Source: an uncultured bacterium
GTDB lineage: Bacteria; SAR324; NAC60-12
Length of the DNA: 64,000 nt
Reading direction: 5' to 3'
Assembly (NCBI GenBank): GCA_965662845.1
Contig: CBFIJD010000009.1
Coordinates: forward strand, 1-64,000
How positions within the stretch are numbered: the stretch's first letter is position 1; every line of letters begins with the position of its first letter. Shown here piece by piece: positions 1-10,276 of this stretch. Below the pieces are notes generated by a model. The model did no database searches. It worked only from the letters and a program-made list of their open reading frames with translations, and had not been told where the DNA came from. The translations under genes and the position numbers were made by a program.

Positions 1-512
1 TGCAGCTGCCCGCATTTTTGTCTCGTCAGACGGATTTGGTGGTCGCTTTGGCAGAGACGAAAAAGCCGATCAACATCAAAAAGGCCCAATTTTTAGCGCC
101 ACAAGAAATGCAGAATATTGTGCAGAAGTGTGAGAGTGCAGGGAATGATCAGGTGATTTTGTGTGAGAGGGGCACGATGCACGGCTATAACAACTTGGTG
201 GTCGATATGCTTGGATTTGGGGTGATGAAAGCGCTCGCTGTGCCAGTGGTGTTTGACGTCACACACTCTCTACAGCAGCCAGGTGGGTTGGGGAATGCCG
301 CAGGCGGCAGGCGCAAACAGCTGCGTGAACTTGCGCTCGCTGGTGTGGCAACAGGACTAGCTGGGGTGTTTTTAGAGAGTCATCCCGACCCTGCAACGGC
401 GAAGTGTGACGGCCCTTGCGCTTGGCCTTTAGATCAAGTGGCGAAGCTTCTGAGGCAATTGAAGGAGGTGGATGAGCTGGTGAAAGGCTTCGAGGAGATT
501 GGGATCGAGTGA
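1..512 (+). CDS. kdsA: KDO 8-phosphate synthase, 5'-truncated by window edge
   Basis: Frame is open from position 3 ([12 protein letters not shown]); motifs [40 protein letters not shown]. Confidence 0.95.
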   Translation, partial: QLPAFLSRQTDLVVALAETKKPINIKKAQFLAPQEMQNIVQKCESAGNDQVILCERGTMHGYNNLVVDMLGFGVMKALAVPVVFDVTHSLQQPGGLGNAAGGRRKQLRELALAGVATGLAGVFLESHPDPATAKCDGPCAWPLDQVAKLLRQLKEVDELVKGFEEIGIE

Positions 513-535
513 AGGGCTGGGGCCGACGAGAAGAA

Positions 536-554
536 GGGGAGAAGAACTCTCCCC
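536..554. terminator. Hairpin between convergent kdsA and sdhB
   Basis: GGGGAGA-agaac-TCTCCCC inverted repeat; CTTCTT follows on the minus strand. Confidence 0.4.
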
Positions 555-562
555 CAGGTGTG

Positions 563-1312
563 TTAAATGCTGAAGAGGCTCTTCCAGAATTGCTTAGAGG
601 ATTGTCTTCCCATCTCTGCGATGCTCTCTGTTAGCGGAATTGTCTTTGGGCAGACTTCCACACAGTTTTGAGCGTTGCCGCAGGTAGCGATGCCACCGTC
701 GTCCATCAGGGCTGTCAGACGCTCGTCGCTGAGTGTCTTGCCTGTTGGATGCATGTTGAATAGTCGAGCTTGGCTGATGGCCGCGGCCCCCAAGAAGTCA
801 TTGTCTTTGCTGTATTGGGGACAGGCTTCGACGCAGCATCCGCAGGTCATACAGTTAGAAAGTTTATAGGCGACGCTCTGGTGATCAGGCAGAATTTTTT
901 CTCCTGCGCCCAGATCATGATAGCCATCGACTGGAACCCACGCTTTTACCTTCTTGAGCGCTTCAAACATTCTTGAGCGATCCACTGCGAGGTCGCGTAC
1001 GACGGGGAACTTGCTAAGGGGTTGCAGCGTGATGGGTTGTTCCAACTTATCCACCAAGGCGCTACAAGACTGGCGGACTTTGCCGTTGATGACCATCGTA
1101 CAAGTGCCGCAGACTTCTTCGAGGCAGTTGCACTCCCAGATGACGGGACGAACCTTCTTGCCTGCTGCATTGACAGGATTCTTTTGGATATCCATCAGAC
1201 AGGAGATTACATTCGAGTTTGGTAGGTAGGGTAGGGTGAATGTCTCCCAATAAGGCTTACTGTCTGGTCCATCTTGCCTTTGAATTTTGAGGCTAATCGT
1301 CTTTTCGGACAT
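563..1312 (-). CDS. sdhB: Succinate dehydrogenase iron-sulfur subunit
   Basis: CNCLEEVCGTC [2Fe-2S] motif, CMTCGCCVEACP and CGNAQNCVEVCP clusters; follows sdhA. Confidence 0.95.
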   Translation of the reverse strand: MSEKTISLKIQRQDGPDSKPYWETFTLPYLPNSNVISCLMDIQKNPVNAAGKKVRPVIWECNCLEEVCGTCTMVINGKVRQSCSALVDKLEQPITLQPLSKFPVVRDLAVDRSRMFEALKKVKAWVPVDGYHDLGAGEKILPDHQSVAYKLSNCMTCGCCVEACPQYSKDNDFLGAAAISQARLFNMHPTGKTLSDERLTALMDDGGIATCGNAQNCVEVCPKTIPLTESIAEMGRQSSKQFWKSLFSI

Positions 1313-1341
1313 GAGTGGTCTCCTGAGATGATTGAGGGTGA

Positions 1342-3276
1342 TCAGTCATATTTTCGTGGTCGAGGAGCAATTAAACTGGTGTCCACGTTTTCGTAAGTAA
1401 TTTCTGGATCTTTGCCATTGTAAGTGGCGATAGTGCTCTTCAGCCACTGTTCGTTGGTCTTCTCGAAGGCTTCCATGTATGCGAGGTGATCAGGCTTGAA
1501 GCTCTCTTTATTCAGAGTTCCTTCGGCTTTCATTTCCTGAAACTTGAGATAGTCTTCAGGTTTGAAGTCCTTGGGCTGGTTCAGTTCAAATTTAGGCTTA
1601 TAGTGTGCCCCTCTGAACTCGTCTCTCATCAGCGCGCCTTTTGCGATCACTTTCGACAGCTGGATCATGTTATAGAGTTGGTTGATGTAGCTGGGGACAG
1701 GGTTTGTCCAGTCTGCTGTGTCAACACATTCGATATTATTCCAGCGCTCCGCATATTCATCAATCTTCTCAACGGTCGCCTGCAGTTTTTCGTTGTCCCG
1801 CACAATGAGAACGTTGGACATCATTGTATCAGACAACTCCGCGTGTAGCTGGTAGGGGTTTTCATTGCCAGACATCTTACGGATGCCTTCAAACTTTTCT
1901 TTCCACTCATTTGCTGCGGTTTCATACAGGCTAGACGGCAGATCTTCAGCCGACTTATCGCGGTTCTTGATGTAGTTAACGACTCCAGGGCCCATCATGA
2001 GGCCTGTGTAAATACAGCTGAGCAGCGAGTTTGCTCCCAGACGATTTGCGCCGTGGTATTGGTAGTCCGCCTCTCCGGCTGCATATAGTCCGTCAATTGA
2101 GGTCATTTGGTTGCAGGGCGACTGGTGGTCAATGAAGCCCTCAGAGGTACTTGTGAAGTCCGTCCAGATCCCGCCCATGGAGTAGTGCACAGCCGGAAAA
2201 ATCTCCATTGGCTCATCGCGGGGATCTACACCGGTGAACTTTTCGTAGATTTCTAGAATCCCTCCAAGTCGATTATCCAAGAATTCGCGCGTGTGGTGAG
2301 TCAGATCTAAATATACCTTCATGTCTCCATGAACACCCAGGCCTTGATTCACACAGATGTCATAAATTTCGCGTGCGCCGACATCTCTTGGAACGAGATT
2401 TCCAAATCTTGGGTATTTTTCCTCCAAGAAATAGAAGCGCTCCTCCGCAGGAATTTCTTTTGGCGGCCGTGTGTCGTTTGCCTTGCGCGGTACCCAAACG
2501 CGTCCGCCTTCGCCGCGCGCGGACTCACTCATCAAGCGTAGTTTGTCACGGCCGGGGACTGCGGAGGGGTGAATCTGAATGAATTCCCCGTTTCCGTATT
2601 TGGCCCCTTGGAGATATGCGGAGGTGGTAGCTGTTCCGGTGCAGACCACAGAGTTTGTCGACTTCCCGTAGACGACGCCTGGGCCACCTGTTGCTAGAAT
2701 CACGGCGTCGCCTTTCTCAGCACGGATCTCTCCAGTGCGTACATTTTGGATCACGGCACCGTTGCAGCGCTTGTCGTCATCTAACACTGCGCCCAGATAT
2801 TCGTGCCATTCCAATTTTTCGACGAGACCTTCGACTTCGTAGCGTCGCACCTGTTCGTCAAGCGCGTACAGCAGCTGTTGGCCTGTGGTGGCCCCTGCGA
2901 ACGCTGTTCGGTGGTGGAGAGTTCCTCCGAATCTTCTGAAGTCCAAATTTCCTTCGGGGGTGCGATTGAATGGGACTCCCAAGCGATCCAGCAAATAAAT
3001 GATGAAAGGCGCGTGGTAGCACATGTCTTTGCACAGCGGTTGATTCGCCAAGAAATCGCCGCCTTTCACCGTGTCATAGAAGTGGATTTCTGGAGAATCT
3101 CCTTCCCCCTTGATGTTCACGGCGCCGTTGATCCCTCCTTGGGCGCAGACAGAATGAGAGCGTTTCACGGGCAAGAAGGACACTAATAGAACTTTAGTTC
3201 CTTGTTCCGCGATTTTCATTGTTGCTGCTAATCCAGCTAGCCCACCTCCGATTACGATCACTCTTTGATTTGCCAT
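1342..3276 (-). CDS. sdhA: Succinate dehydrogenase flavoprotein subunit
   Basis: GGGLAG, RSHSVCAQGG covalent-FAD motif, HYSMGG, HGANRLGANSL, EFRGAH. Confidence 0.96.
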   Translation of the reverse strand: MANQRVIVIGGGLAGLAATMKIAEQGTKVLLVSFLPVKRSHSVCAQGGINGAVNIKGEGDSPEIHFYDTVKGGDFLANQPLCKDMCYHAPFIIYLLDRLGVPFNRTPEGNLDFRRFGGTLHHRTAFAGATTGQQLLYALDEQVRRYEVEGLVEKLEWHEYLGAVLDDDKRCNGAVIQNVRTGEIRAEKGDAVILATGGPGVVYGKSTNSVVCTGTATTSAYLQGAKYGNGEFIQIHPSAVPGRDKLRLMSESARGEGGRVWVPRKANDTRPPKEIPAEERFYFLEEKYPRFGNLVPRDVGAREIYDICVNQGLGVHGDMKVYLDLTHHTREFLDNRLGGILEIYEKFTGVDPRDEPMEIFPAVHYSMGGIWTDFTSTSEGFIDHQSPCNQMTSIDGLYAAGEADYQYHGANRLGANSLLSCIYTGLMMGPGVVNYIKNRDKSAEDLPSSLYETAANEWKEKFEGIRKMSGNENPYQLHAELSDTMMSNVLIVRDNEKLQATVEKIDEYAERWNNIECVDTADWTNPVPSYINQLYNMIQLSKVIAKGALMRDEFRGAHYKPKFELNQPKDFKPEDYLKFQEMKAEGTLNKESFKPDHLAYMEAFEKTNEQWLKSTIATYNGKDPEITYENVDTSLIAPRPRKYD

Positions 3277-3331
3277 TCTTAACTCCTCAAATGCTCATTC
3301 AGGATTTTTGATTTAGCTTCTTTGATTGTGA

Positions 3332-3946
3332 TCACCAAATAGCAGCCATAGCATAGAAAGATAGAACCGTTAGCACAAGGTAAACGGCGATGCTCAGAAT
3401 TCGGACTCGGGCTTGCATCTTGGGCGTAAGCGCGATTCCCCATGTGATGCAGAAGGTGTTGATGCCGTTCGCGAGATGAAAGGTCGCCCCAAGAACTCCG
3501 AGCGCATAGACGCTTTTGGTCAACCAACCTGTCTCTGCTGAACCAAAACCTTCTTGTAGGTGCTCGAAGTGCTGTCCGTGAGTCCCATCTAGCAGGGGAA
3601 TGACTTGCGCGTTGTATAGGTGAGCAAAAATGAAGAGGAGCACGCCGATACCGCTGATGCGCTGCAGCCAATAGAGCAAGTGCGCGAAGTACTGATAGTT
3701 TGGCTGCGGGCTCGCTTCCAGTGAGAGCTTTGCGCCCAAGATCGAATGGTAGAACAGGGGGATATAAACGAATAAGATCAGAATCCAAATGGCGAGGGGA
3801 CTTTCATATAGGGCGTTCATCTCTGCATTGTACTTCTCTGCCCCATCGTGAAGGTACATTTGCAGGTAAAGGTGATATACGAGAAAGAGTCCAACCGGGA
3901 TGATACCGGTTAAACTGTGGATTCGGCGTGCTAGGAAAGTATTCAT
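3332..3946 (-). CDS. sdhC: Succinate dehydrogenase cytochrome b558 subunit (single-anchor, Bacillus-like)
   Basis: RRIHSLTGIIP, several TM helices with His ligands, LQRISG, FHLANG..TFCITWG; directly upstream of sdhA. Confidence 0.9.
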   Translation of the reverse strand: MNTFLARRIHSLTGIIPVGLFLVYHLYLQMYLHDGAEKYNAEMNALYESPLAIWILILFVYIPLFYHSILGAKLSLEASPQPNYQYFAHLLYWLQRISGIGVLLFIFAHLYNAQVIPLLDGTHGQHFEHLQEGFGSAETGWLTKSVYALGVLGATFHLANGINTFCITWGIALTPKMQARVRILSIAVYLVLTVLSFYAMAAIW

Positions 3947-4012
3947 TGCGTCCTCTTATTTGCTTGATCTGGGGTGTTCAGAGTTAATTGATTCGCTAGC
4001 GATTTTCCAGAA

Positions 4013-4270
4013 TTATACGGTTTGTTCATTTGCTGCTCTCTTCGCCAGTCGAGCTTTGTAACGAGAGGCTGTCTTCTTGTGCAAAATTCCTTTGGTCACT
4101 GCCTTGTCGAGTTTCCGTTGTACGTCGATCAGGCTTGGCTTTTCGTCAGTGACAGCGTCGCTCTTAAATTGCTTGATGGTGCTGCGTAAGGAAGAGCGGA
4201 GCGCCCGATTACGCTTGGTTTTTTTGATGGTCTGGCGAATTCGCTTCAATGAGGATTTGTGATGGGCCAA
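4013..4270 (-). CDS. rpsT: 30S ribosomal protein S20
   Basis: AHHKSSLKRIRQT..RNRALRS, LDKAVTKGILHKKTASR; TTG start preceded by GGAGG. Confidence 0.95.
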   Translation of the reverse strand: MAHHKSSLKRIRQTIKKTKRNRALRSSLRSTIKQFKSDAVTDEKPSLIDVQRKLDKAVTKGILHKKTASRYKARLAKRAANEQTV

Positions 4271-4282
4271 GATGCCTCCTAA

Positions 4283-4645
4283 TTAGAATGCATTTTTGAT
4301 TTGAATGATCTCAAACTGCTTGAGATCCAACTCTTCTACCAAGATGGCGTCGAATCGTGGTTGATATTGAGAATATGCAGGGAACTGACTCACAAAATAC
4401 TGATAAGCCTTGCGAATATTTTGCTGCTTTTGGGCATTGATGGAGAAGCCTGCGAGGTGCAGATTTTTAGATCTCGTCTTAACCTCGCAAATTACTAGCT
4501 CTGATGTTTCTAAGTCTTGAGCAACGATGTCGATTTCCAGCCGCTTTGCCCGATAGTTTCGTGCCAAAATTTTGTAATTTTGCTGGCTTAGATACTCCAC
4601 AGCGCGTGTTTCACCTTGGATACCTAAGGTGTTTCTCAATGACAA
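4283..4645 (-). CDS. yraN: YraN/UPF0102 family PD-(D/E)XK nuclease-like protein
   Basis: G..GE..A..YL, ILARNYR, EIDIVA, EVKTR, PRFDAI; usual position after rnhB. Confidence 0.88.
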   Translation of the reverse strand: MSLRNTLGIQGETRAVEYLSQQNYKILARNYRAKRLEIDIVAQDLETSELVICEVKTRSKNLHLAGFSINAQKQQNIRKAYQYFVSQFPAYSQYQPRFDAILVEELDLKQFEIIQIKNAF

Positions 4646-5244
4646 TGAAAACTTGTTCTGTGAATAGGTGCTGTGCCGTAGGCGTGAATCTGAGCTTTAT
4701 GAAACTTTGTTGGATAACCTTTGTGTTTTTCCAGCTGCCAATGTGGATATAAGCAGGCATATTTTGAAATAAGATGGTCACGATATACTTTGGCCAATAT
4801 GGAAGCGGCCGCAATACTTACAGATATGCTGTCGCCACTGACAATAGGGGTGACCAAATATGGACTGTCAGGCACTTTGTTTCCATCAATCAAACCGACG
4901 GTCGTTCCCTTTGCGAGTCTCTCCAACGCTGCGGACATTCCCTTCAGCGTCGCTTGTAGGACATTCAGGCGATCAATATCTTTTGGAGGAACCACAATGA
5001 TTGCGTAGTTCAAGGCTTGTTCACAAACAAGTGAGAAGGTTTGTTGTCTGCGATGGGGACTTAACTTTTTAGAATCCTGAACATCAAATTCCGTACTTGT
5101 CCTAGGCGAGAAAACCACCCCTGCCACTACTAGTGGTCCTGCGAGCGCGCCTCTCCCAGCTTCATCTATCCCTGCGACCGTTGAATAGTTTTTCTCCCAA
5201 AATTTGTGTTCGTATTCAAGACTTGGCTTTGTATTGCGCTCCAA
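4636..5244 (-). CDS. rnhB: Ribonuclease HII
   Basis: [46 protein letters not shown]. Confidence 0.95.
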   Translation of the reverse strand: MERNTKPSLEYEHKFWEKNYSTVAGIDEAGRGALAGPLVVAGVVFSPRTSTEFDVQDSKKLSPHRRQQTFSLVCEQALNYAIIVVPPKDIDRLNVLQATLKGMSAALERLAKGTTVGLIDGNKVPDSPYLVTPIVSGDSISVSIAAASILAKVYRDHLISKYACLYPHWQLEKHKGYPTKFHKAQIHAYGTAPIHRTSFHCH

Positions 5245-5590
5245 CTTTCTCTCTAATGCGTGCGGCTTTCCCTTTGCGCTCTCTTAAGAAGTAGAGTTTT
5301 GCTCTGCGGACATGGCCGTGCTTCAATATTTTGATGCTTTCAATGCGGGGGGAGTGTAAAGGGAAAATTCTTTCGACACCGTGTCCTTGAGAAACCTTGC
5401 GTACTGTGAAGGTCGCTTTGTTGTTGTTGTCACCTAAGTGTTTTCGGATGACAACACCTTCGAAAGCCTGCGTTCGTTCCTTGTTCCCTTCTGAAATTCG
5501 GTAATTCACACGAATCGTACAACCGACTCGGAATGCTGGGAGGTTTGTCCGGAGTTGTTCTTTCTCAACAATGTTCATTAGATCAGGCAT
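5216..5590 (-). CDS. rplS: 50S ribosomal protein L19
   Basis: [39 protein letters not shown]. Confidence 0.97.
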   Translation of the reverse strand: MPDLMNIVEKEQLRTNLPAFRVGCTIRVNYRISEGNKERTQAFEGVVIRKHLGDNNNKATFTVRKVSQGHGVERIFPLHSPRIESIKILKHGHVRRAKLYFLRERKGKAARIREKVGAQYKAKS

Positions 5591-5605
5591 CGGAGTACCT
5601 TTAGT

Positions 5606-6286
5606 CTATTTTGGGTTGATAAGTTCTGATTGGGTGGTGCGCCACTCCTTAATCAGCTGATGATTTCCTGACAGGAGCACTTCAGGTACACTCTGTCCTC
5701 TAAATGAGGGAGGTCTTGTATACTGCGGATACTCTGCTAGCAGTGTTCCGGAACAGCTCTCTTCTTGCAGTGAAGTTTTGTTGCCGATCACACCATCAAT
5801 CAAGCGACTTGTTGCTTCAATGATGGTCATCGCGATTGTTTCCCCCCCTAAACTGACGAAATCTCCTCCTGAAATGATTTCATCTGCCCAGTGATAGATG
5901 CGGCGATCAAAGCCTTCATATCTTCCGCAAACGAGCGTCAGGACTCTTCCTGCTCTCGCAAGTTCGTCTGCCTTTTCTTGGTCAAATTTGTGGCCCTCTG
6001 GGCTGAGCAAGATGACATGGTTCTGCAGCCCTTGCTCAGTGAAGTGCTGCTTTCGCTCCTCGATGGCTGCCACCACGGGCTCCACGCGAAGGAGCATTCC
6101 TGGGCCTCCCCCGTAGGGTTCATCATCAACCTTTAGGTGCGGGCCAATTCCGTGCTTTCTGAAGTTGTGGAGGTTGACCTCTATCAGTCCCTTCTCGACC
6201 GCTTTCCCAAGAAGTCCCTCGTCGAGAAAGCCTTTGAAGAGGTTGGGAAACAACGTCAGCACCTCGAAGATGATTTGGGGTTTCAC
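5606..6286 (-). CDS. trmD: tRNA (guanine37-N1)-methyltransferase
   Basis: VDDEPYGGGPGM, LSPEG, CGRYEGFD.R, EYPQYTRP, VPEVLLSGNH. Confidence 0.95.
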   Translation of the reverse strand: MKPQIIFEVLTLFPNLFKGFLDEGLLGKAVEKGLIEVNLHNFRKHGIGPHLKVDDEPYGGGPGMLLRVEPVVAAIEERKQHFTEQGLQNHVILLSPEGHKFDQEKADELARAGRVLTLVCGRYEGFDRRIYHWADEIISGGDFVSLGGETIAMTIIEATSRLIDGVIGNKTSLQEESCSGTLLAEYPQYTRPPSFRGQSVPEVLLSGNHQLIKEWRTTQSELINPK

Positions 6287-6828
6287 TTCTCTTCGCTGAT
6301 TAAGCCTTCATAGGGTGTGATGACAATCTGAGGCACTCTCCAGTCGATTTCTTCGACCATGTCGCTCTCGAAAGGCACAAGAAACTCTGTTTTGGTGCCT
6401 GTTTCACAAACAAGCACCAATCTCGGTCCAATTTCCATCACGTCGGCAACCCGTCCGAGTTGGGCGCCTTCGGTAGATATGATCGCAGCGTTGGCCAAAG
6501 CATGCAGATGAAACTCCCCGTCTTCAAGTGGCTTTAGGTCGGTGTCTAGGATCAGGAGCCTCGCTCCTTTCATAGACTCGGCTTCATTGCGGTCGTTGAT
6601 CGTCTCGAATTTAATGAGCCACTTTGACTTGTGCTGAGAGATTCTCTCGACCTCGATTTGGATCAACTGGTCGCGGATTTCCAAAAAGACTTCACGAAGG
6701 CGTTGTTCGTAGTAGCGCACGTCGCTTGTCAAAGGTCTTACTCTTAGCTCACCCTTGATTCCATGAGCATTCTCGACGATCCCCAGCCAAGTGAGGTCGT
6801 CATAGTCCCGGAAAGCTTGTTGGGCCAC
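6283..6828 (-). CDS. rimM: 16S rRNA processing protein RimM
   Basis: AHGIKGELRV, DRNEAE, C-terminal PRC barrel; lies between rpsP and trmD. Confidence 0.9.
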   Translation of the reverse strand: MAQQAFRDYDDLTWLGIVENAHGIKGELRVRPLTSDVRYYEQRLREVFLEIRDQLIQIEVERISQHKSKWLIKFETINDRNEAESMKGARLLILDTDLKPLEDGEFHLHALANAAIISTEGAQLGRVADVMEIGPRLVLVCETGTKTEFLVPFESDMVEEIDWRVPQIVITPYEGLISEEK

Positions 6829-6833
6829 GTTGC

Positions 6834-7085
6834 TTACTGAGCGGCTTGCTGCTGAATGAGTTTTTGTACTCTCTCGGTTGGTTTGGCTCCTACTGAGAGC
6901 CAGTATTCAACGCGCTCGAGATCAATCACGCATCTCTGCTCTTTCACCATGGGATTGTAAGACCCGAGGCGTTCAATAAACTTACCATCTCTCGGGGACC
7001 TTACGTCTGCGACCACGATGCGATAGAAAGGCGCTTTTTTGGCTCCGCCTCGTGCAAGTCGAATCTTAACCACTGAATTCTCCAA
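6834..7085 (-). CDS. rpsP: 30S ribosomal protein S16 (start TTG 7085 or a nearby GTG)
   Basis: [36 protein letters not shown]. Confidence 0.97.
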   Translation of the reverse strand: MENSVVKIRLARGGAKKAPFYRIVVADVRSPRDGKFIERLGSYNPMVKEQRCVIDLERVEYWLSVGAKPTERVQKLIQQQAAQ

Positions 7086-7090
7086 CGAAG

Positions 7091-8449
7091 TTATTGTAAA
7101 AAATTTCGCGATTGCTGAGGCATCATATTTCGCATCATCTGCATCGCTTTGCGAGGGTTCTGAGTGCGAGATAGTTTGCTCATCATCTTTCGCATTTGGA
7201 CAAACTGTTTTAAGAGCCGATTCACCTCATTCACGCTGGTTCCGCTGCCTTTAGCTACTCGCTGCTTCCGAGAACCATTGAGTAGGTTATGGTTTCTGCG
7301 CTCGTCGCCAGTCATAGAAGAAATGATTGCGTCAATCCGGCTAAATTGTTTTTCATCTACATTTGCATCTTTCAGCGCATTGGCGTCCATTCCTGGAATC
7401 ATTCCCATCAAATCTTTGACAGACCCCATCTTTCGCATCATTTTCAACTGCTCTCGAAAATCTTCGAGGGTGAAGTCGTTGTCGCGGAACTTCTTTTGGA
7501 TATCAAGCGCTTGTTGTTCCGTGTAGTTTGACTCGACCTTCTCAATCAAAGAGAGAATGTCCCCCATGCCTAAAATGCGGGAGGCGACCCGATTGGGATG
7601 AAAGACCTCTAAATTCTCTAATTTTTCGCCAGTAGCAATGAACTTAATCGGCTTTTGGGTGATGGCTCGGATAGAGAGAGCGGCGCCCCCACGAGCGTCT
7701 CCGTCCATCTTGGTGAGCACGACGCCAGTAACATCAAGCTTCTCATTGAAGCTCTTGGCCATATTCACGGCGTCTTGCCCGGTCATGGCATCTGCGACAA
7801 AGAGAATTTCGGTGGGATTTACAGCGTTCTTGATTCTTTCCAACTCAGCCATCAGCGCTTCGTCAATGTGCAGGCGTCCCGCGGTGTCGATGAAGATGAT
7901 GTTGCAACCGAGATCCGCAGCTTGTTGCAGGCCCTCTCGGGCAATGTCGACAGGATCTTGCGCAGTGTTTGACGGGTAGCAGGGCACATTTAGCGATTTG
8001 GCCAAAACCTGCAGTTGATCAATCGCTGCGGGACGATAAATGTCCGCTGGGATCAAATAAGGCTGCTTATCTTGGCTGTAATGGCGTGCTAGCTTTCCTA
8101 CGGTTGATGTCTTCCCGCTCCCTTGAAGGCCGACCATCATCACAATTGTCGGTCCCTGCTCAGGGTGGGTGAGCTCCTCACTCTCTCTCCCCATCATCTC
8201 CGTCAACTCTTCGTTGACGATTTTGATGAACTGCTGTCCTGGTGTTAGGCTCTCTTGGACTTCGGCGCCAATGGCACGGCTTTTGACCGACTTCAGGAAG
8301 GCTTTGACCACGCGAAAATTGACGTCCGCTTCCAGCAGAGCCATTTTGACTTCTTTCAGCGAGGCTTCGATATTTTCTTCGGAGAGTCGTCCCTGCCCGC
8401 GGACTTTGCGAAGGGTGCGTGTGAGCTTGTGGGAGAGGTTCTCAAACAT
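7091..8449 (-). CDS. ffh: Signal recognition particle protein
   Basis: [30 protein letters not shown], Met-rich M domain. Confidence 0.97.
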   Translation of the reverse strand: MFENLSHKLTRTLRKVRGQGRLSEENIEASLKEVKMALLEADVNFRVVKAFLKSVKSRAIGAEVQESLTPGQQFIKIVNEELTEMMGRESEELTHPEQGPTIVMMVGLQGSGKTSTVGKLARHYSQDKQPYLIPADIYRPAAIDQLQVLAKSLNVPCYPSNTAQDPVDIAREGLQQAADLGCNIIFIDTAGRLHIDEALMAELERIKNAVNPTEILFVADAMTGQDAVNMAKSFNEKLDVTGVVLTKMDGDARGGAALSIRAITQKPIKFIATGEKLENLEVFHPNRVASRILGMGDILSLIEKVESNYTEQQALDIQKKFRDNDFTLEDFREQLKMMRKMGSVKDLMGMIPGMDANALKDANVDEKQFSRIDAIISSMTGDERRNHNLLNGSRKQRVAKGSGTSVNEVNRLLKQFVQMRKMMSKLSRTQNPRKAMQMMRNMMPQQSRNFLQ

Positions 8450-8502
8450 GGAAAGGCGAACTCAATTTTTTATTGCTCTCAACTGTGGAGATAAACCTTG
8501 AG

Positions 8503-8531
8503 ATAAAACGCGCTTTCTATCCTAATGTCAA
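8503..8531 (-). promoter_or_regulatory. Possible sigma70 promoter for the ffh operon
   Basis: TTGACA-N17-TTTTAT on the minus strand; -35 is perfect, -10 is weak. Confidence 0.35.
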
Positions 8532-8549
8532 GAATATTCTGGAGGTTAC

Positions 8550-8828
8550 ATGTTTCGTGCGCTAACACTGTTTTCTCTCGTTGTGCTGGTGGGTTGTCAG
8601 CCTTGGCAAGATGATCTGGCTCAAAGTGAGGCAAAGATGCAAGACCTAGAAGTTCGTGTGAGATTGCTTGAGAAGCAGCTGGAAGATGTGCAGCACGCGC
8701 AGAGCCAGCAGTCTGCGGTGCCGGTTGTCACCTTTGAAGTTCCAACCCAAGATTTGATGCAGATTTACAGAACCAATGACAGCGTTTTCAACGAAGCGAT
8801 CAAGCAGTTTGTTCAGCGCTCGCCCTGA
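8550..8828 (+). CDS. Small hypothetical lipoprotein with coiled coil
   Basis: GGAGG RBS, signal peptide with LVGC lipobox, heptad segment (LAQSEAKMQDLEVRVRLLEKQL). Confidence 0.7.
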   Translation: MFRALTLFSLVVLVGCQPWQDDLAQSEAKMQDLEVRVRLLEKQLEDVQHAQSQQSAVPVVTFEVPTQDLMQIYRTNDSVFNEAIKQFVQRSP

Positions 8829-8921
8829 ATCCATAAACGGAACTTGCAATCGCTTTTCATTTCTCCTATCTACTTTCTCTTTTTTCACTCTGCAAATCAC
8901 ACTCAAGCAAATAGGGAAGCT

Positions 8922-9125
8922 ATGTTTGGTCTTGGTATCTGGGAACTGATTATCATCTTGAGCATCGTTGTGATGCTCTTCGGAGCAAAGCGTCTGCCGA
9001 TGATCGGGGAAGGTCTCGGAGCGATGATTACGAATTTCAAGAAGGCCACGAAGGACGAAGATGAGAAGAAAGAAGATCCAGTCTTGGTCTCCGATCAGAA
9101 GAAAGAAAAAGAAGGTATGAGCTAA
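8922..9125 (+). CDS. tatA: Twin-arginine translocase TatA/E
   Basis: [31 protein letters not shown]; start moved to ATG 8922. Confidence 0.92.
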   Translation: MFGLGIWELIIILSIVVMLFGAKRLPMIGEGLGAMITNFKKATKDEDEKKEDPVLVSDQKKEKEGMS

Positions 9126-9553
9126 TTTGCTTCAGGTTGAATGACGAGATTCAAATTTACCTCTAGTTCTTTCAGGCGAGCTATGACAGGGACTAACGCT
9201 CCGTATGCGACGCTGGCGTCGGCCTCTACGTCGGCATACCACGGCCCTGGTCCTTGTTTCCAGTCTCGTACTCGACTTTGAAAAGCTACGACCCACCGCC
9301 GATCCACCAACTCTCCGATCTCTTCATCGCCAACAAACAATAAGCGATCCGCGTTCACGACGACGCGCAGCGGCTCAGGGCTACTGGTCGCTTCTTCTTG
9401 GTAAGAGTCTTTGGGCAACTCCACTTGGATCGCGTGATTGATCACAGGGGCCGCCACCATAAAGATAACGAGCAGCACCAACAAAACGTCCACGAAGGGG
9501 GTCATGTTGATGTCGCTGATCGGCTCACTTTCCTGCCATCGCCAATTGCTCAT
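9122..9553 (-). CDS. tolR: TolR/ExbD family protein
   Basis: [30 protein letters not shown]. Confidence 0.85.
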   Translation of the reverse strand: MSNWRWQESEPISDINMTPFVDVLLVLLVIFMVAAPVINHAIQVELPKDSYQEEATSSPEPLRVVVNADRLLFVGDEEIGELVDRRWVVAFQSRVRDWKQGPGPWYADVEADASVAYGALVPVIARLKELEVNLNLVIQPEAN

Positions 9554-10256
9554 AGACTACCCACTCAATTCGATTGGTCAATTCTAGGCTGAAATCCCGA
9601 ACTCGGTTGCTCACACGGCGCACGTGGTTACGAAAGTAGTTGTAAGCCATGAGAGCAGGGATCGCCGCGAGGAGCCCTGCTGCCGTCGCAATCAACGCCT
9701 CTGAGATGCCAGGAGCAACAGCGGCTAAACTAGTCGTTCCTGCAACTCCGAGCCCTTGAAATGCGTCAATCACTCCCAGAACCGTCCCGAACAACCCGAT
9801 GTATGGAGCCACGCCGGAGATCGAGGCTAGAATGTTCAAGCGTTGTTCAGCTTCCGCGTGGACTTCGTTGAAGGAGCGTTCCATCACTCGTTGCAGGCGT
9901 TCGTCCAAGATCGACATGACAGAGTCACCTCGGCTTGCTTGGGGCTTGCTCAATTTTCGGTAGGATTGGTTGATCTCTTGGTAAGCGCGCCGGAACAGAA
10001 AGGCCGAAGGCGAATCGGGGTAATCTTCCGCTTGCTTATACGCTTGGTCTAAAGAAACTTCGCGGAACAGGGAAAGGAAGCGCGCATCATCCTGGCTAAT
10101 GCGCCGAAAGTAGACCCATTTGAGGATGATGATCGCCCACGAGAGCGAAGACAATAGCAGCAAAAAAAGCAAGACCAACTGCCCGATGATCGTGCCTTCC
10201 AGGATTACCTGTAAGAGACTTTGACTATCGGACAGTTGATTTACGACTGAGTCCAT
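9525..10256 (-). CDS. tolQ: TolQ/ExbB (MotA family) proton channel
   Basis: APYIGLFGTV.G, SLAAVAPGISEALIATAAGL.AAIPA..AYN. Confidence 0.88.
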   Translation of the reverse strand: MDSVVNQLSDSQSLLQVILEGTIIGQLVLLFLLLLSSLSWAIIILKWVYFRRISQDDARFLSLFREVSLDQAYKQAEDYPDSPSAFLFRRAYQEINQSYRKLSKPQASRGDSVMSILDERLQRVMERSFNEVHAEAEQRLNILASISGVAPYIGLFGTVLGVIDAFQGLGVAGTTSLAAVAPGISEALIATAAGLLAAIPALMAYNYFRNHVRRVSNRVRDFSLELTNRIEWVVYEQLAMAGK

Positions 10257-10276
10257 TCAGTTTCCTAAAACGCCTC

